Assembly: GCA_003210235.1 (NCBI GenBank)
Contig: QCVV01000001.1
Span: forward strand, 507 to 64,506
Direction of reading: 5' to 3'
DNA: 64,000 nucleotides
Source: Prochlorococcus sp. AG-686-O05
Lineage (GTDB): Bacteria; Cyanobacteriota; Cyanobacteriia; PCC-6307; Cyanobiaceae
Position numbers and translations under genes: made by a program. Positions 51,672 to 63,390 of this stretch are shown here, one piece after another. Position 1 is the first letter of the stretch; each line of letters opens with the position of its first letter. Below the pieces are notes generated by a model that was not told the DNA's origin, searched no databases, and saw only the letters and a program-made list of their open reading frames with translations.

Positions 51672-51925
51672 TTTTCAAATAATTTTCTTTTTTCAATAAT
51701 TCTCGCTAATTCTAAAAAATAGCCTGCTGTTCTAAATTTTCCAATATTTTTTTCTTTAAATTCAATATCACTTCTAATTTCTGCAGTTTCAGCCATAATT
51801 AAATCCAGTTCGTTAAATCCAAGACTATATAATTCTCCTAGTTCAATTTCTCTTCCAAGCAAGTGACTCCTAAACCATTTTTCCTTGTTTTCTTGAGGCG
51901 GAATATCGTATGGTGTATGGGACAT
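51668..51925 (-). CDS. Hypothetical protein
   Basis: 85-aa ORF (WFRSHLLGREIEL...TAGYFLELARII). Confidence 0.7.
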   Translation of the reverse strand: MSHTPYDIPPQENKEKWFRSHLLGREIELGELYSLGFNELDLIMAETAEIRSDIEFKEKNIGKFRTAGYFLELARIIEKRKLFEN

Positions 51926-51962
51926 GAATTAAGAAAATATATTTTTATACTAACTTAACTTC

Positions 51963-53336
51963 TTATTGGTTACTCGTAGAGATCTTTTTATTAAATAAAA
52001 AAGCGCTAATAAAAATTAAAAAAGTTATTAATGCACAAATATCTGTCCAATAATCTAATCCGATTTTAGAGATTACTAATGGAGCTATGACAGTGAAAAA
52101 TCCTCCAGATAGTATTAATTGGGCAAAAAGTTGCTTGGATGTAAAAATCGGAAGGGTTTTAGAAATATTTTTGGGATCTGCTAGCCTTAAAAGCAACAAA
52201 CCAGAAGCAACTACGCCAGTAGAATTTCCAAACTCTATTAAACTTTTCTCAAACCAGTAATCATCAAATATAAAATATGCAAAATAGGTAATACAAATCA
52301 AATTCCATAACAAACCAAATATGGTAAGCAATAATATAAGCACCCAATTTTCAAAAACAGTCGCAATATCTAAACTTGCCATTGCTGTAAAAATCAATAA
52401 ATCTGTGGATAATATGCCAATTTCTCTTTGAAGAATATTAGAAATAAAATGAGTATTTTTAGTTTTTTCTAAAATATATCTAATCAAAAGTGAACCTATA
52501 AGAATAAGTGGAAATACAGGTAGCGAAAAAATAATTTCTCTAGAAAAATCACCTAAGAAATTTGAAAAATATTTTAAAATTTGAAGTAGTAAGAGACCAA
52601 AGGAGATTGCTAAACCAGCGAAACCAAGATTTATAAGTAAAATTTTTAAATCTGCAAAAATTTCAGTTTCAAGATTTGAATTTGAATTAACTTTTTTATC
52701 AATAATTTCCTCTGTATCTGAAAGCCTTAAAGTTCTTCCAATAAAAATGAAAATACTGCCTAATAATGAAGAGGACAAAAGCCCCATTGTTGCCATAGCA
52801 AGACCGAGATCTAAGCCATCTGAAAATCCAAGCCTATTAAAACTTTCTCCAATGATAGATGCAGCTCCATGACCTCCCTCAAAACCCACCTCTATTAAAC
52901 ACCCCATTAAAGGGTTTATATCCATATGAGGAGCTAAAAGGTATTTAACAACTAAACCTCCAACAAAAAACTGGCCAAAACCTAAGGAGAGCGCAAGTAA
53001 GAACTGATTAAAAATAGGCTTTACTAAACCATTAATATTAGGTATTGGCCTGCCCATCATTAATGTTGCAAAAACTAAGGACAAAAGAGGGGTTGGAAAA
53101 TTACTCCATACATTTGTAGTCTCCTTAGATAAAAAATGAATTAGACCGTAAGGCCCGATTGATATGCCAGCGACTCCTGAAATAACTGCGATGGGCAATC
53201 CAAATCTTTCTAATTGAACAGCTAGTTTTAATCTTCTACCAAATATCAAGAAAAAAGATATTATTAAAAATCCGGAAAAGCTTATTAAAAGGGAATTTGA
53301 AAAAATATCTTTATTTTGTAGGATAGAAATATTCAA
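51963..53336 (-). CDS. gltS: Sodium/glutamate symporter family protein
   Basis: GFEGGHG, G..TG...GLLLLR..DP and many TM helices. Confidence 0.8.
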   Translation of the reverse strand: MNISILQNKDIFSNSLLISFSGFLIISFFLIFGRRLKLAVQLERFGLPIAVISGVAGISIGPYGLIHFLSKETTNVWSNFPTPLLSLVFATLMMGRPIPNINGLVKPIFNQFLLALSLGFGQFFVGGLVVKYLLAPHMDINPLMGCLIEVGFEGGHGAASIIGESFNRLGFSDGLDLGLAMATMGLLSSSLLGSIFIFIGRTLRLSDTEEIIDKKVNSNSNLETEIFADLKILLINLGFAGLAISFGLLLLQILKYFSNFLGDFSREIIFSLPVFPLILIGSLLIRYILEKTKNTHFISNILQREIGILSTDLLIFTAMASLDIATVFENWVLILLLTIFGLLWNLICITYFAYFIFDDYWFEKSLIEFGNSTGVVASGLLLLRLADPKNISKTLPIFTSKQLFAQLILSGGFFTVIAPLVISKIGLDYWTDICALITFLIFISAFLFNKKISTSNQ

Positions 53337-53390
53337 TTATTTAAACTTAATACAGTATAAATCTAATTTAATAAATAAATTTTATCAAAT

Positions 53391-53418
53391 AAAAAAGGCC
53401 TCAAGTAATGAGGCCTTT
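53391..53418. terminator. Intrinsic terminator downstream of pcb
   Basis: AAAAAAGGCCTCA-AGTAA-TGAGGCCTTT; the T-run is on the minus strand. Confidence 0.85.
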
Positions 53419-53442
53419 TAATATTACTAAGTGATTTAAAGT

Positions 53443-54501
53443 TTAATCTTTAAGAGTAACTGTAGCACTATCAATATTACTGATAGCATTTGTAACTCTC
53501 TTGAAGTCAAATCCTAAGGCTCTAAGTGCATGCCATAGATGACCTTGAATAAAGAAGAAACCAAAGTAGTAGTGAACATTTGCTAACCAGGCTCTTGAAG
53601 TATAAACACCATCAGGAAGATCAACAGTATCAATCCAATATGGAGAGATACTAAATTTCAATTCAAGTGGTTCACCAAAAAACTCTACAGGATAAACTGT
53701 TGTATTTGATGCACTCCAGAAGGCAGCAATAATTGCCATCCAGCCAATACCTGCTAAAGACCATGAAAGCACAGCTTCTGCAGATAGAAGTCCTTTACCT
53801 TTAAATTTGGTATATTCACCAACTTGCTTTGTAGCAATGTGCCAAGCACCTCCAGTAATCAAGACAAATGCAAGGAAAGCATGACCTCCCATAACATCCT
53901 CTAAATCATCTATCAAAAGGAAATCTGTTTGATGGTTCCAAATCTCCGCAAGGTTTAGATCGTATTCAACTTGTCTAACTGCACCAATAGCGGGATCGTA
54001 AACTCCATGAACTCTTGCCCATTCAACGAGAAGAATAACAGCGAATCCAAGAATAATTAAATGATGACCAAGGATAAATGTTAATTTATCTGGATTATCC
54101 CATTCAATATTGAATTTCCTTGCCTTTGCGACTTCTGATTCTTCTAGATTTCCTGGTAAAAGAAGTGAGTGGAGTAATCCACCAGCAGCAAGAACCATTG
54201 AGGAAACCAAATGAACAATAGCTATAGCTAGTACTGGCTTGGTATCTCCCATTAGAACTCCGTTAGCATCAAACCCTATTCCAAGGGTGGCTAAATGAGG
54301 AAGTGCAATAAGAGGTTGTTGACCCATTGGGACACTGGGGTCAAATCTTGATAGTTCGAAAAGAGTGAAAGCACCGGCCCAAAAAACAATTAACCCTGCA
54401 TGAGCGACATGAGCAGCGATAAATTTTCCTGAGCGATTAGCTACACCTGAATTACCAGCCCACCATCCATAGGTGGTGTCTGGATTACCATAGGTTTGCA
54501 T
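53443..54501 (-). CDS. pcb: Chlorophyll a/b-binding light-harvesting protein Pcb
   Basis: [16 protein letters not shown] and GHLWHALRA; IsiA/CP43-like six-TM protein. Confidence 0.95.
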   Translation of the reverse strand: MQTYGNPDTTYGWWAGNSGVANRSGKFIAAHVAHAGLIVFWAGAFTLFELSRFDPSVPMGQQPLIALPHLATLGIGFDANGVLMGDTKPVLAIAIVHLVSSMVLAAGGLLHSLLLPGNLEESEVAKARKFNIEWDNPDKLTFILGHHLIILGFAVILLVEWARVHGVYDPAIGAVRQVEYDLNLAEIWNHQTDFLLIDDLEDVMGGHAFLAFVLITGGAWHIATKQVGEYTKFKGKGLLSAEAVLSWSLAGIGWMAIIAAFWSASNTTVYPVEFFGEPLELKFSISPYWIDTVDLPDGVYTSRAWLANVHYYFGFFFIQGHLWHALRALGFDFKRVTNAISNIDSATVTLKD

Positions 54502-54819
54502 TTAGGAATTGATTAGCTTAAACGTTTTGAGAATACTTTATATTTCATCAAACGGATGAATTAATAACAAAATTGTAAAGGTTATTAATTCTAAGAAATT
54601 ATAGAAAAGTTAATTTCAATAGGATTTCTGAGTGCAAAGAATATAGTTTTAACCGAAAAATTAATTAATTAACCCAAAATTTTATTGCATTTTCAAAAAT
54701 TCAAATTTTTTTATAAATCTTTTTTTGCTGACATAAATAATTTTTTGTGTAATAAAAACAAATACATTATTGACCCATGATCAAACAATTACTAAAAAGG
54801 GAATAAAATAGCTCTATAT

Positions 54820-54996
54820 ATGACAACATCCCAAAGAATTTCTGGAAAAATTTCACTAGAAATGAAATCTCAAGGACATTACAAAAAAGCTGCCAAGTCT
54901 TATCGTAAATCAGATCAATATATAAAAATGATTAACCTATATCCAATACTTCAAAGCACTTTGATTGACTGTGAAGATGAAAATCTAGTGAGGTAG
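54820..54996 (+). CDS. Small hypothetical protein (58 aa)
   Basis: MTTSQRISGKISLEMKSQGHYKKAAKSYRKSDQYIKMINLYPILQSTLIDCEDENLVR; below the ORF-track cutoff. Confidence 0.5.
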   Translation: MTTSQRISGKISLEMKSQGHYKKAAKSYRKSDQYIKMINLYPILQSTLIDCEDENLVR

Positions 54997-55043
54997 AAAT
55001 GTACTTAGAATTTAATTTTGATTCTTAGAAGGTTTAATATAAT

Positions 55044-55286
55044 TTAGCAATTAAGTGCATATTGGTCATATTTTTCTTCAGAATAAAATTCATCAATTAA
55101 TTTTTTGCATAACATTGAATTATAAAGAGCCTCTGGATTCCAGGGTTTTTTTTGTCCGAGAGGAGAGCTTTTCCAATGTATTCCAGGTTTTAAAAAACCA
55201 TTCTCCCTTAGATGGGAAAGTTTAATTTCAGTTATACCTATATCCTCGGCAGCAGAATTAGAGGAGTGCCATATATTTTCTAACAT
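55044..55286 (-). CDS. Hypothetical protein (HTH-like)
   Basis: AAEDIGI...L..LRENG.LKPGIHW. Confidence 0.65.
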   Translation of the reverse strand: MLENIWHSSNSAAEDIGITEIKLSHLRENGFLKPGIHWKSSPLGQKKPWNPEALYNSMLCKKLIDEFYSEEKYDQYALNC

Positions 55287-55424
55287 TATTTAGTTTAAAT
55301 ATTATTAATCCTTAATAACGTTTTTTTGAAGACTTTGAAAGGGGAGTCAAATTTTAGATAATTATTAGATTGATAGAAATACAGTCTTTATAATTGATCT
55401 TGAATTTATAATTTTAATTTCAAA

Positions 55425-55727
55425 TTAAGAAATATTAAATAAGGAATTATTGTTAACAAAGATTTTAATCATCTCTTCTTTTACAATATTGCCTGATTTG
55501 TAATCTAAATAATCCTTAGTGATTGATTGACTTTTAGAAAGATTTAACCATCCTTTATTCCATTTTTCACTATTTGTTAATTCCTTATATGAGATTTTTA
55601 AACTAATCTCAACATCAATTACAGAAACCATCAAAAATTTAATTTGATCTTTTTCTCTAATCTTATTTACTAAAACAAAATGCCTTAATCCATTTATAGA
55701 TTTATTTGAAGTCCAGAAGATTTCCAC
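55425..55727 (-). CDS. TIGR02450-like Trp-rich protein
   Basis: WTS...GLRHFVL...W.KGW pattern. Confidence 0.7.
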   Translation of the reverse strand: MEIFWTSNKSINGLRHFVLVNKIREKDQIKFLMVSVIDVEISLKISYKELTNSEKWNKGWLNLSKSQSITKDYLDYKSGNIVKEEMIKIFVNNNSLFNIS

Positions 55728-55739
55728 TAACTAAAAAAA

Positions 55740-55973
55740 TTACAAACTTTTTTGATCATTTTTAGAAATACTTTTGTATTCTTTTCTAATTTCTTCTAAT
55801 AAACTTTTCCTTTTTTTTAAGTAAGAATTGGATTCTTTTTTTGATAAGTCAAATCTTTCTTTTTTAGTCAAGTTCATCCATTCATACAAATTACTTTTGT
55901 TGAATTTAATTTCTCTATATTTTTTAAAAACTTTTTTATATTTGGAAAATTTTAGAAATATAAATGAAAACAT
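55740..55973 (-). CDS. Hypothetical basic protein
   Basis: 77-aa ORF (WMNLTKKER). Confidence 0.55.
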   Translation of the reverse strand: MFSFIFLKFSKYKKVFKKYREIKFNKSNLYEWMNLTKKERFDLSKKESNSYLKKRKSLLEEIRKEYKSISKNDQKSL

Positions 55974-56009
55974 AATTAAAATGAAATTAATAAGATAATT
56001 TTCAGCATT

Positions 56010-57299
56010 CTAGAGGTTTATATCTAAAAGCAAATTACTTTTAAGCCACTTTTCTAGTTTAATATTGTCCTCAATTGAAATAGTCTCTTGTTGAACTTCA
56101 GAAACTTCATTATTAAAAAGTCTAATAACAAATTCTCTATTACAAGCTTCATCATCACCAATAACAATAATACTTTTTGATTTAATTTTATTAGCTTTTT
56201 TAAATTGCTTTGAAAATGATGCCCCACTAACATCTAATTCTGTTTTTAAATCATAATTTCTTAACTTTCTAGATAAGTCCATTGCCAATGTTTCAGCATT
56301 AAACCCTTTATTCACAATATAAATATCTGTATCTCTACTTTTTTCAAGATCTTTACCGGATAATAAAATGAGTCTTTCCACTCCAATTGCGAATCCAATA
56401 GCTGGAGTTTCTGTCCCTCCCATTTGACTAATCAAATTATCATATCTTCCTCCTCCACATACTGTAGCTTGAGAACCTAGTAAACCACTGGTAATTTCAA
56501 AGGCGGTATGTGTGTAATAATCCAAACCTCTTACTAAATTAAAATTTTCGATAAAAGGTATTTTAAGAAGTTTTAATTTTTCTTTAATAGTTATATATCT
56601 CTCGAGACTTTTTTCAGATAAAAAGTCAAATAATTTGGGGGCATCTTCAAGAATCTTTTTTGTTTGAACATTCTTAGTATCTAAAATTCTTAAAGGATTC
56701 TTATCTATTCTCTGTTGAGAGTCCAAATCTAAAGAGTTTTTATTAACCTCTAACCATGTTAAAAATGCCTTTTGGAAATTTGATCTGTCAGTGTGATCCC
56801 CTAAGGTATTAATTTCAAGATTAAGTTCTTTTATTCCTAATTTCTCCAAAATATCCCAAGCCAAAGTAATAATTTCGATATCACTTCTTACAGATTCGTA
56901 ACCAACAAATTCAACTCCCAACTGATGAAATTGCCTTTGTCTTCCTGCTTGAGGTCTCTCATATCTAAACATAGGTCCCATGTACCAAAGTTTCTGAGAA
57001 GGTTTAGCTGATATTCCATTTTGTATTAATGCTCTTGCCACTGATGCAGTACCCTCTGGTCTTAATGTGCATGACCTTTCACCCCTATCCAAAAAAGTAT
57101 ACATCTCTTTGCTAACAACATCGGTACCTTCTCCAATCCCCCTCATAAATAATTCAGTCATTTCCAGTATTGGAGTTCTGATTTCTTTTACAGAAGCCCT
57201 AAAAAGTTGCTCCAATATTATTTTTTCAACATTTTGCCACTTTATTAATTGATCAGGTAAAAGATCTACTGTTCCTCTAAGATTTTTAAAGTTATTCAA
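56010..57299 (-). CDS. hisS: Histidine--tRNA ligase
   Basis: LRPEGTAS, FRYERPQAGR, LVRGLDYY and GGGRYD motifs. Confidence 0.97.
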   Translation of the reverse strand: MNNFKNLRGTVDLLPDQLIKWQNVEKIILEQLFRASVKEIRTPILEMTELFMRGIGEGTDVVSKEMYTFLDRGERSCTLRPEGTASVARALIQNGISAKPSQKLWYMGPMFRYERPQAGRQRQFHQLGVEFVGYESVRSDIEIITLAWDILEKLGIKELNLEINTLGDHTDRSNFQKAFLTWLEVNKNSLDLDSQQRIDKNPLRILDTKNVQTKKILEDAPKLFDFLSEKSLERYITIKEKLKLLKIPFIENFNLVRGLDYYTHTAFEITSGLLGSQATVCGGGRYDNLISQMGGTETPAIGFAIGVERLILLSGKDLEKSRDTDIYIVNKGFNAETLAMDLSRKLRNYDLKTELDVSGASFSKQFKKANKIKSKSIIVIGDDEACNREFVIRLFNNEVSEVQQETISIEDNIKLEKWLKSNLLLDINL

Positions 57300-57397
57300 A
57301 GTTCTAATAAATAATTCAAAAATTTTAATTTACATAGAAATTAAATTTTTGAGGGGAACTACTATGTCATAATTTAATTTAACATTTAGAGAAAATA

Positions 57398-57823
57398 TTG
57401 GGAAACACTAATAAGAAAGAGAGTCAGCATTGTGGCACAAAACCAAAAAAAATTGCTTTTGGCATTGCACCCTTAGGAATTGTTTCTATTGGAATAGTTC
57501 CTATGGGCGTTATTAGTATTGGGGTAGTGCCAATGGGTGTTTTTTCCTTTGGTGCTGTTGCTATGGGAATAGTTAATCTTTCAGTAGTCGGTATGGGCAT
57601 AATTTCTTCTGGAATAACAACCATGGGGGTATGGGAATATTCTCCTAAATCACAAAGCCATGATCATCGCGGACACTCTAAGAAGATATCAAATATTAAA
57701 AAAGAGAAAATTATGCCAGTCCTTTATAAGACAAAAGAAGAAGCGATGAAAGCGGCTACAAGATATGGATGTGTAGGTGCACATAAAATGGGTGAAAAAT
57801 GGATGCCCTGCAAAATGCACTAA
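57398..57823 (+). CDS. Gly-spaced repeat protein with C-terminal DUF3721-like domain
   Basis: About twelve G-hydrophobic-hydrophobic-(S/P)-hydrophobic repeats, then YKTKEEA...GCVGAHKMG.KWMPC. Confidence 0.75.
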   Translation: MGNTNKKESQHCGTKPKKIAFGIAPLGIVSIGIVPMGVISIGVVPMGVFSFGAVAMGIVNLSVVGMGIISSGITTMGVWEYSPKSQSHDHRGHSKKISNIKKEKIMPVLYKTKEEAMKAATRYGCVGAHKMGEKWMPCKMH

Positions 57824-57852
57824 AGACTCTTCAAATTTTAAAAACTGAAAAA

Positions 57853-58665
57853 TTAATTTAATATCTGCACTTTAAAGTCAAGATCAATTGCCTCTTCAGC
57901 TGTTAATTTCTTAGTCCAAGCCCCTTCAACAGGGTTATTCCAACGAAATCCAGCGTTCTTAGCTAATGATCTTTCTTCATAACTTACCAATGCTCTATAT
58001 AAAAATCTTGGCTCAGTCGCTTTAATAAGAAGCTCTTCTAAATTTTCACATTTTTTGAAGACCTCTGAAATATAAAAGCAATCAGATAGAGCTCGATGTA
58101 AATTCCAAACTGGAATTGAAAAAGATAAAGCAAGATCAGTTACTGAAGGTCTATTTTTTAATGATTTTTGACATGACCAATTAATATCTTCAAGACTACA
58201 AATCCATTTTTTCTCAAGTTTGGGCAATCTACCTTTACCAAACCATTTTTTGTCAAAATCTACATTATGAGCCACGATTACATCAGAACTATCCACAAGT
58301 TTTAAAAAGAAATTCAAGCCATCCTCCCAAGGTTGAATAATGTTTGTAACTTCTACAGATATCCCATTAATATATTCTGCTTCATTTGAAGTTACAGGTA
58401 ATAAGAATGAAACCTGCGAAAGAACAGCTTTAGAAGGTACGTGAAATAAAATGCAGCCTATCTCAATAATTTCATCTTTATTTTCATCTAGACCAGTTGT
58501 TTCAGTATCAAGAATTAAAATTTTTTCTATATTATTATTTTGAAGGATACCTTTTGGGATTGAGATAGACTTATTTAAAGTCTTTGATTTATCATTATCT
58601 TGATTATTAATTTCATTCTGAAGAAAATCCAATTGGTTTAATTCATTTTTGTTAGATAGTTCCAA
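57853..58665 (-). CDS. DEDDh 3'-5' exonuclease (DnaQ-like)
   Basis: LDTETTG, AHNVDFD and HRALSD motifs. Confidence 0.9.
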   Translation of the reverse strand: MELSNKNELNQLDFLQNEINNQDNDKSKTLNKSISIPKGILQNNNIEKILILDTETTGLDENKDEIIEIGCILFHVPSKAVLSQVSFLLPVTSNEAEYINGISVEVTNIIQPWEDGLNFFLKLVDSSDVIVAHNVDFDKKWFGKGRLPKLEKKWICSLEDINWSCQKSLKNRPSVTDLALSFSIPVWNLHRALSDCFYISEVFKKCENLEELLIKATEPRFLYRALVSYEERSLAKNAGFRWNNPVEGAWTKKLTAEEAIDLDFKVQILN

Positions 58666-58800
58666 TCATTAAAAAAATCTCTAGTTCATATTGACGCATT
58701 TTAACTTTTTTTCCCTTAAGTTAATAATAATTAAATATTTTAGTATAGGAACAAATTCCTTTTTGAAAGTATCGCAAAGATATGAATAGATTTTATAAAA

Positions 58801-59517
58801 ATGCCTTTCACAAGATATCAATTTAATAACTATTGTTATTGGCCATCCAATCCAAAGAAGATCATTGAATTTATTGGTGGAAGCTATTTAGCATCCAAAC
58901 CTGATTTTACTTATAAAAGATTTATAGAAAATTTAATAAAAAAAAATTATGCAGTACATGCCTATAAATATACTCCGCAATTCGATCACCAAGAACTTGC
59001 CATAAAAGCATGGAAAGATTTTAAAAATTGCCGTAGGTCTTTATCAAAAAGATTAGGATCATCAATTCCCTCTGTAAGGATAGGTCATAGTCTTGGTTGC
59101 AAGCTTCACTTAATTTCACCAGATGGAGGTAGAAATTGTGAGAAATTTATTTCAATCAGTTTTAACAACTTCAGTGCGAACAAATCAATTCCATTATTAA
59201 AACAAATATCTCAAAAGTTAGAATTTAATAGTGAATTCAGTCCAAGTCCTGATAGAACATTAAGAATAATTGAAAACACCTATAATCAAAAAAATAATTT
59301 CCTAATAAAATTCAACTCAGATGAATTAGATCAAACAGATAAACTACTTTCTTGTCTTAAAGCAAGAAAAGAAGATAATTCAAAAGGGATCATCCTAAGG
59401 GGTACACACACTATTATTGCTAGTGCAGGATTAAGAGAAAACTTCCTAGGGGCTTGGGCAGATGATAATTTAAAAAGAAATACAATTAAACAGATTTCAA
59501 ATTTAATTGAAAATTAG
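58801..59517 (+). CDS. DUF1350 family alpha/beta hydrolase-like protein
   Basis: FIGGSYL and GHSLGCKLH motifs. Confidence 0.82.
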   Translation: MPFTRYQFNNYCYWPSNPKKIIEFIGGSYLASKPDFTYKRFIENLIKKNYAVHAYKYTPQFDHQELAIKAWKDFKNCRRSLSKRLGSSIPSVRIGHSLGCKLHLISPDGGRNCEKFISISFNNFSANKSIPLLKQISQKLEFNSEFSPSPDRTLRIIENTYNQKNNFLIKFNSDELDQTDKLLSCLKARKEDNSKGIILRGTHTIIASAGLRENFLGAWADDNLKRNTIKQISNLIEN

Positions 59518-59519
59518 TA

Positions 59520-61502
59520 CTAGGATATTTCCTTTAATTTCTCTAAAACAGAACTATCTTCAAGTGTACTTATATCTCCACTTATTTTTTCACCTTCTGC
59601 TAAGGATCTCAAAATTCTCCTCATTATTTTTCCACTTCGTGTTTTAGGAAGAGAATCAGAAATTATTATTTTTTCTGGCTTAGCAATAATTCCAATTTCA
59701 TTGACGACATGTTTTTTTAAATCCTCTACTATTTCGGAAGAACTTTCCACATCTTTTTCTAAAGACAAGAATGCAACGATAACTTCACCTTTTAAATCAT
59801 CTTTTTTTCCAACAACAGCAGCTTCCGCAACTGACTTATGACTTACTAATGCAGACTCTATTTCCATAGTTCCCAATCTATGACCAGAAACGCTTATAAC
59901 ATCATCAACCCTTCCCATAATCCAAATATATCCTTCTTTATCAATCCTCGCTCCATCACCAGAAAAATAAACATTCTTTTCATCTCTAAAAGAAATAAAA
60001 TTCCAGTAACTATCCAAATATCTTTGTGAGTTACCATGAATTGTGCGCATCATTCCAGGCCATGGTTTTTTAACAATCAAATATCCTCCCTCATTTTCCA
60101 TAACCTTTTCTCCATTCTTATCAACGACTTCAACCTCAATTCCTGGTAATGAGAATGTCGCCGAACCTGGCTTTGTTGCTACGGCTCCAGGAAGAGGACT
60201 TATCATCACACCTCCAGTTTCCGTTTGCCACCAAGTATCTACGATGGGGCATTTATTGTTACCTATTACATCCCTATACCACATCCAAGCTTCTGGATTA
60301 ATTGGTTCACCGACTGTACCCAATAGTCTTAGGCTTTTTAAATTGTATTGATCTGGGATCTCTCGTCCAGACTTCATAAATGATCTTATTGCCGTTGGCG
60401 CTGTATAGAAAATAGAAACTTTATATTTTTGGATAACTTCCCAAAAAGCCCCTAGATTGCCTGACCTTGGAACTCCTTCATACATAAGTGTTGTGGCACC
60501 GTTAGATAAAGGGCCATAAACGATATAACTATGACCAGTAATCCATCCAACATCTGCTGTACACCAATAGATATCATCATCTTTTATATCAAAAATCCAC
60601 TTGAATGTTAAGTGAGACCATAGATTATAACCTGCTGTAGTATGAACAACTCCTTTTGGTTTCCCAGTAGATCCTGATGTATATAAGATAAACAATCTAT
60701 CTTCACTATTCATAATTTCAGGTTCACACCAATCTTTTTGTTCTTTTAATAATTCGTGCCACCAAAAATCTCTTTCAGTAATCATCGATATACTATTTTT
60801 AGTTCTTTGAACAACGATAACTTTTTCAACTACTTTATAAGCCCCACTTTGAATGGCTGCATCAACCGCCCTCTTCAACTCAATTACTTTATCTTTTCTA
60901 AAGCCACCATCTGCTGTTATTACAAATCTTGCATTTCCATCAATCAATCTATCTTTTAATGATTCTGAGGAAAAGCCTCCAAAAACAACTGAATGCGGAG
61001 CTCCAATTCTTGCGCAAGCAAGCATAGCAATCATTGCTTCAGGAATCATTGGCATATAAATACATACCAAATCGCCTTTTTTGATTCCCAACCCTTTTAA
61101 AGCATTTGCAGCTTTACATACTTCTTTAAGAAGTTCTTGATAAGTATATTTTCTATCATCTCCTGGTTCACCCTCCCATATGAGTGCGTTTTTATTACCA
61201 AGTCCGTTTTTGATATGTCTATCTAAGCAGTTATAAGTGATATTCAATTTACCTTCAGTAAACCATTTAAAAAAGGGCTCATTTCCACTATCTAAAACAG
61301 TCTTAAATGGTTCAAACCAATCAATCTCAGAGTTTGCAAAAGATTCCCAGAATTTTATTGGATTATCTAAAGATTGTTTTTTTAAACTTAATAATTCCTC
61401 GAAACTTTTTATATTTGAATTTTCAGCAAATTCTTTTGAGGGAGGAAAAACTCTTTTTTCTTCAAGAATATTGTTGATTGAATTATTCTTATCTAGTGTC
61501 AT
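59520..61502 (-). CDS. acs: Acetate--CoA ligase
   Basis: [18 protein letters not shown] and [11 protein letters not shown] motifs. Confidence 0.96.
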   Translation of the reverse strand: MTLDKNNSINNILEEKRVFPPSKEFAENSNIKSFEELLSLKKQSLDNPIKFWESFANSEIDWFEPFKTVLDSGNEPFFKWFTEGKLNITYNCLDRHIKNGLGNKNALIWEGEPGDDRKYTYQELLKEVCKAANALKGLGIKKGDLVCIYMPMIPEAMIAMLACARIGAPHSVVFGGFSSESLKDRLIDGNARFVITADGGFRKDKVIELKRAVDAAIQSGAYKVVEKVIVVQRTKNSISMITERDFWWHELLKEQKDWCEPEIMNSEDRLFILYTSGSTGKPKGVVHTTAGYNLWSHLTFKWIFDIKDDDIYWCTADVGWITGHSYIVYGPLSNGATTLMYEGVPRSGNLGAFWEVIQKYKVSIFYTAPTAIRSFMKSGREIPDQYNLKSLRLLGTVGEPINPEAWMWYRDVIGNNKCPIVDTWWQTETGGVMISPLPGAVATKPGSATFSLPGIEVEVVDKNGEKVMENEGGYLIVKKPWPGMMRTIHGNSQRYLDSYWNFISFRDEKNVYFSGDGARIDKEGYIWIMGRVDDVISVSGHRLGTMEIESALVSHKSVAEAAVVGKKDDLKGEVIVAFLSLEKDVESSSEIVEDLKKHVVNEIGIIAKPEKIIISDSLPKTRSGKIMRRILRSLAEGEKISGDISTLEDSSVLEKLKEIS

Positions 61503-61596
61503 TAAAAGTATCAATAATTTATAAATTTAATCTAAATAACTAAATTTTTCAAAAACTTTTAATGGAAGTTATTAACTTAAAAATAAATTTTTTAAT

Positions 61597-62568
61597 TCAA
61601 TAAAGACGACTGAGCACAAATTCGGGCAAAGCTAACAGAGCCCTCTTATATTCTGAGTCAGGAAGCCATAATATTGCTTCTTTTGAATGAAGAGCAAAAT
61701 CTTCAGCTAATTTTCTAGAACGTTTTATGGCTTGAGAGTTCATGACAATATTTAAAGCATTATTTAAATCTTCCTTTTCTACAAGTTCTCTATTAATCAA
61801 AACAGATAAATTTTCATTTTCTTCTAGAGCATATAAAACTGGAGCAGTAAGGTACCCACTAGCGAGATCACTTACTGCTGGTTTCCCTAATTGTTTATCA
61901 TTACCCGTAAAATCAAGAATATCGTCAACGACCTGAAAAGCTAATCCAATATTCTTACCAAATTCGTATAATCTATCCAATTTTTCATCTTCTAAATTAC
62001 TCAAGACCCCAGAAGCCTTAGTACTATTGGCAATTAGGGATGCTGTTTTACAGTAACTTTTATTAATATATTTCGAAAAAGTTTGTCCCGAATCAAATCT
62101 ATTTAAATTTTGCTTTATTTCACCTTCTGCTAAATCCATTATTACTCTACTGAGAAGTTTAACTACTTTGACATTATCTAAGTTTGCCAAATGCCAACTA
62201 GCTTGAGCGAATAAAAAATCCCCGGCCAGAACAGCAACTCTCGTATTAAATCTACTGTGAACAGTATCAACACCTCTTCTTGTAGAGGCTTCATCCACAA
62301 CATCATCATGAACCAAAGATGCTGTATGAATCATTTCAGTAATCTCGGCGAGTCTTTTATGTTTGGTTGTCAAAGTAAAATCTGGCGAAATAGCTTTTGA
62401 AATTAATAAAACTATTCCAGGTCTTAACCTTTTTCCTCCGGCACTAAATAAGTGCTCTGCTGCTGCCTGAAGAATTGGATGACCAGCACCTATTAAATTT
62501 TTCAGTTCGAGAATAAGATCATCAAGATCATTCTCAACTGGTTGTAGAAGTTCTGTTACTGTATTCAT
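61597..62568 (-). CDS. sds: Solanesyl diphosphate synthase
   Basis: GGKRLRP, HDDVVD, KTASL and FQVVDDILD motifs. Confidence 0.9.
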   Translation of the reverse strand: MNTVTELLQPVENDLDDLILELKNLIGAGHPILQAAAEHLFSAGGKRLRPGIVLLISKAISPDFTLTTKHKRLAEITEMIHTASLVHDDVVDEASTRRGVDTVHSRFNTRVAVLAGDFLFAQASWHLANLDNVKVVKLLSRVIMDLAEGEIKQNLNRFDSGQTFSKYINKSYCKTASLIANSTKASGVLSNLEDEKLDRLYEFGKNIGLAFQVVDDILDFTGNDKQLGKPAVSDLASGYLTAPVLYALEENENLSVLINRELVEKEDLNNALNIVMNSQAIKRSRKLAEDFALHSKEAILWLPDSEYKRALLALPEFVLSRLY

Positions 62569-62595
62569 GATTATCCTCATACATATATTAAGGAA

Positions 62596-63390
62596 TCAAT
62601 CATTGCTTCGGAGGTTAACTAAGGTAATTTCTTTATTTAATTTCAACCAATATTTCACTTTTCTGGAAAACTCTTCACTTTTAGCGGTTACAAAGAATCT
62701 TATATTATCGTGGCAAATACTCTCACAGCAATGATTCTTTGTAATTAAGAATGAATTATTAAACTTATTTACTAAAGCCGCTGAAGGATCAATAATTTTG
62801 ATCTTAGGATCAATCCTATTTCTTAAAACGTTATAAATCAAGGGATAATGGCTACATCCAAGTATTATTTCTTCAACATTTTCTTTCAATAAAGGATTGA
62901 TATACAAATCCGATAGATTACTTAATCTGTCTAAGTCAAGGAGGGTTCTTTCTATTTCCGGTACAAATTCAGGACATGCTTGTTGAAATACTTTTACATT
63001 TTCTCTTTTTGATTCAATTATTTTTTTGTAGTACAAAGATTTAATAGTTGCAGGGGTCGCTAAAACACCAATATATTGCTTAGTTACTATTTCTGAAACT
63101 GAATAAATTAAATCAAAACAAGGAATTTCTAGATTATTTTCTAAAATATCTAAGGCACATGCATTTGTAGTATTACAGGCTATTAGTAATGCATCCAAAT
63201 TTTTGCCTCTAAACCAATTACAAATTTCCTTTGCGATAAATCTTATTTGTTCAATATCTTTATTTCCATATGGAACTCTCCTTGTATCAGCCAAATAAAA
63301 AACCTCAACATCCTTTCGGGTTTCCAATAAAGTGCTAAGAATCGTAAACCCTCCTATACCACTGTCAAAGATTCCTATTTTAAGATTCAC
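62596..63390 (-). CDS. murI: Glutamate racemase
   Basis: FDSGIGG, IACNT and LGCSHYP motifs. Confidence 0.95.
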   Translation of the reverse strand: MNLKIGIFDSGIGGFTILSTLLETRKDVEVFYLADTRRVPYGNKDIEQIRFIAKEICNWFRGKNLDALLIACNTTNACALDILENNLEIPCFDLIYSVSEIVTKQYIGVLATPATIKSLYYKKIIESKRENVKVFQQACPEFVPEIERTLLDLDRLSNLSDLYINPLLKENVEEIILGCSHYPLIYNVLRNRIDPKIKIIDPSAALVNKFNNSFLITKNHCCESICHDNIRFFVTAKSEEFSRKVKYWLKLNKEITLVNLRSND

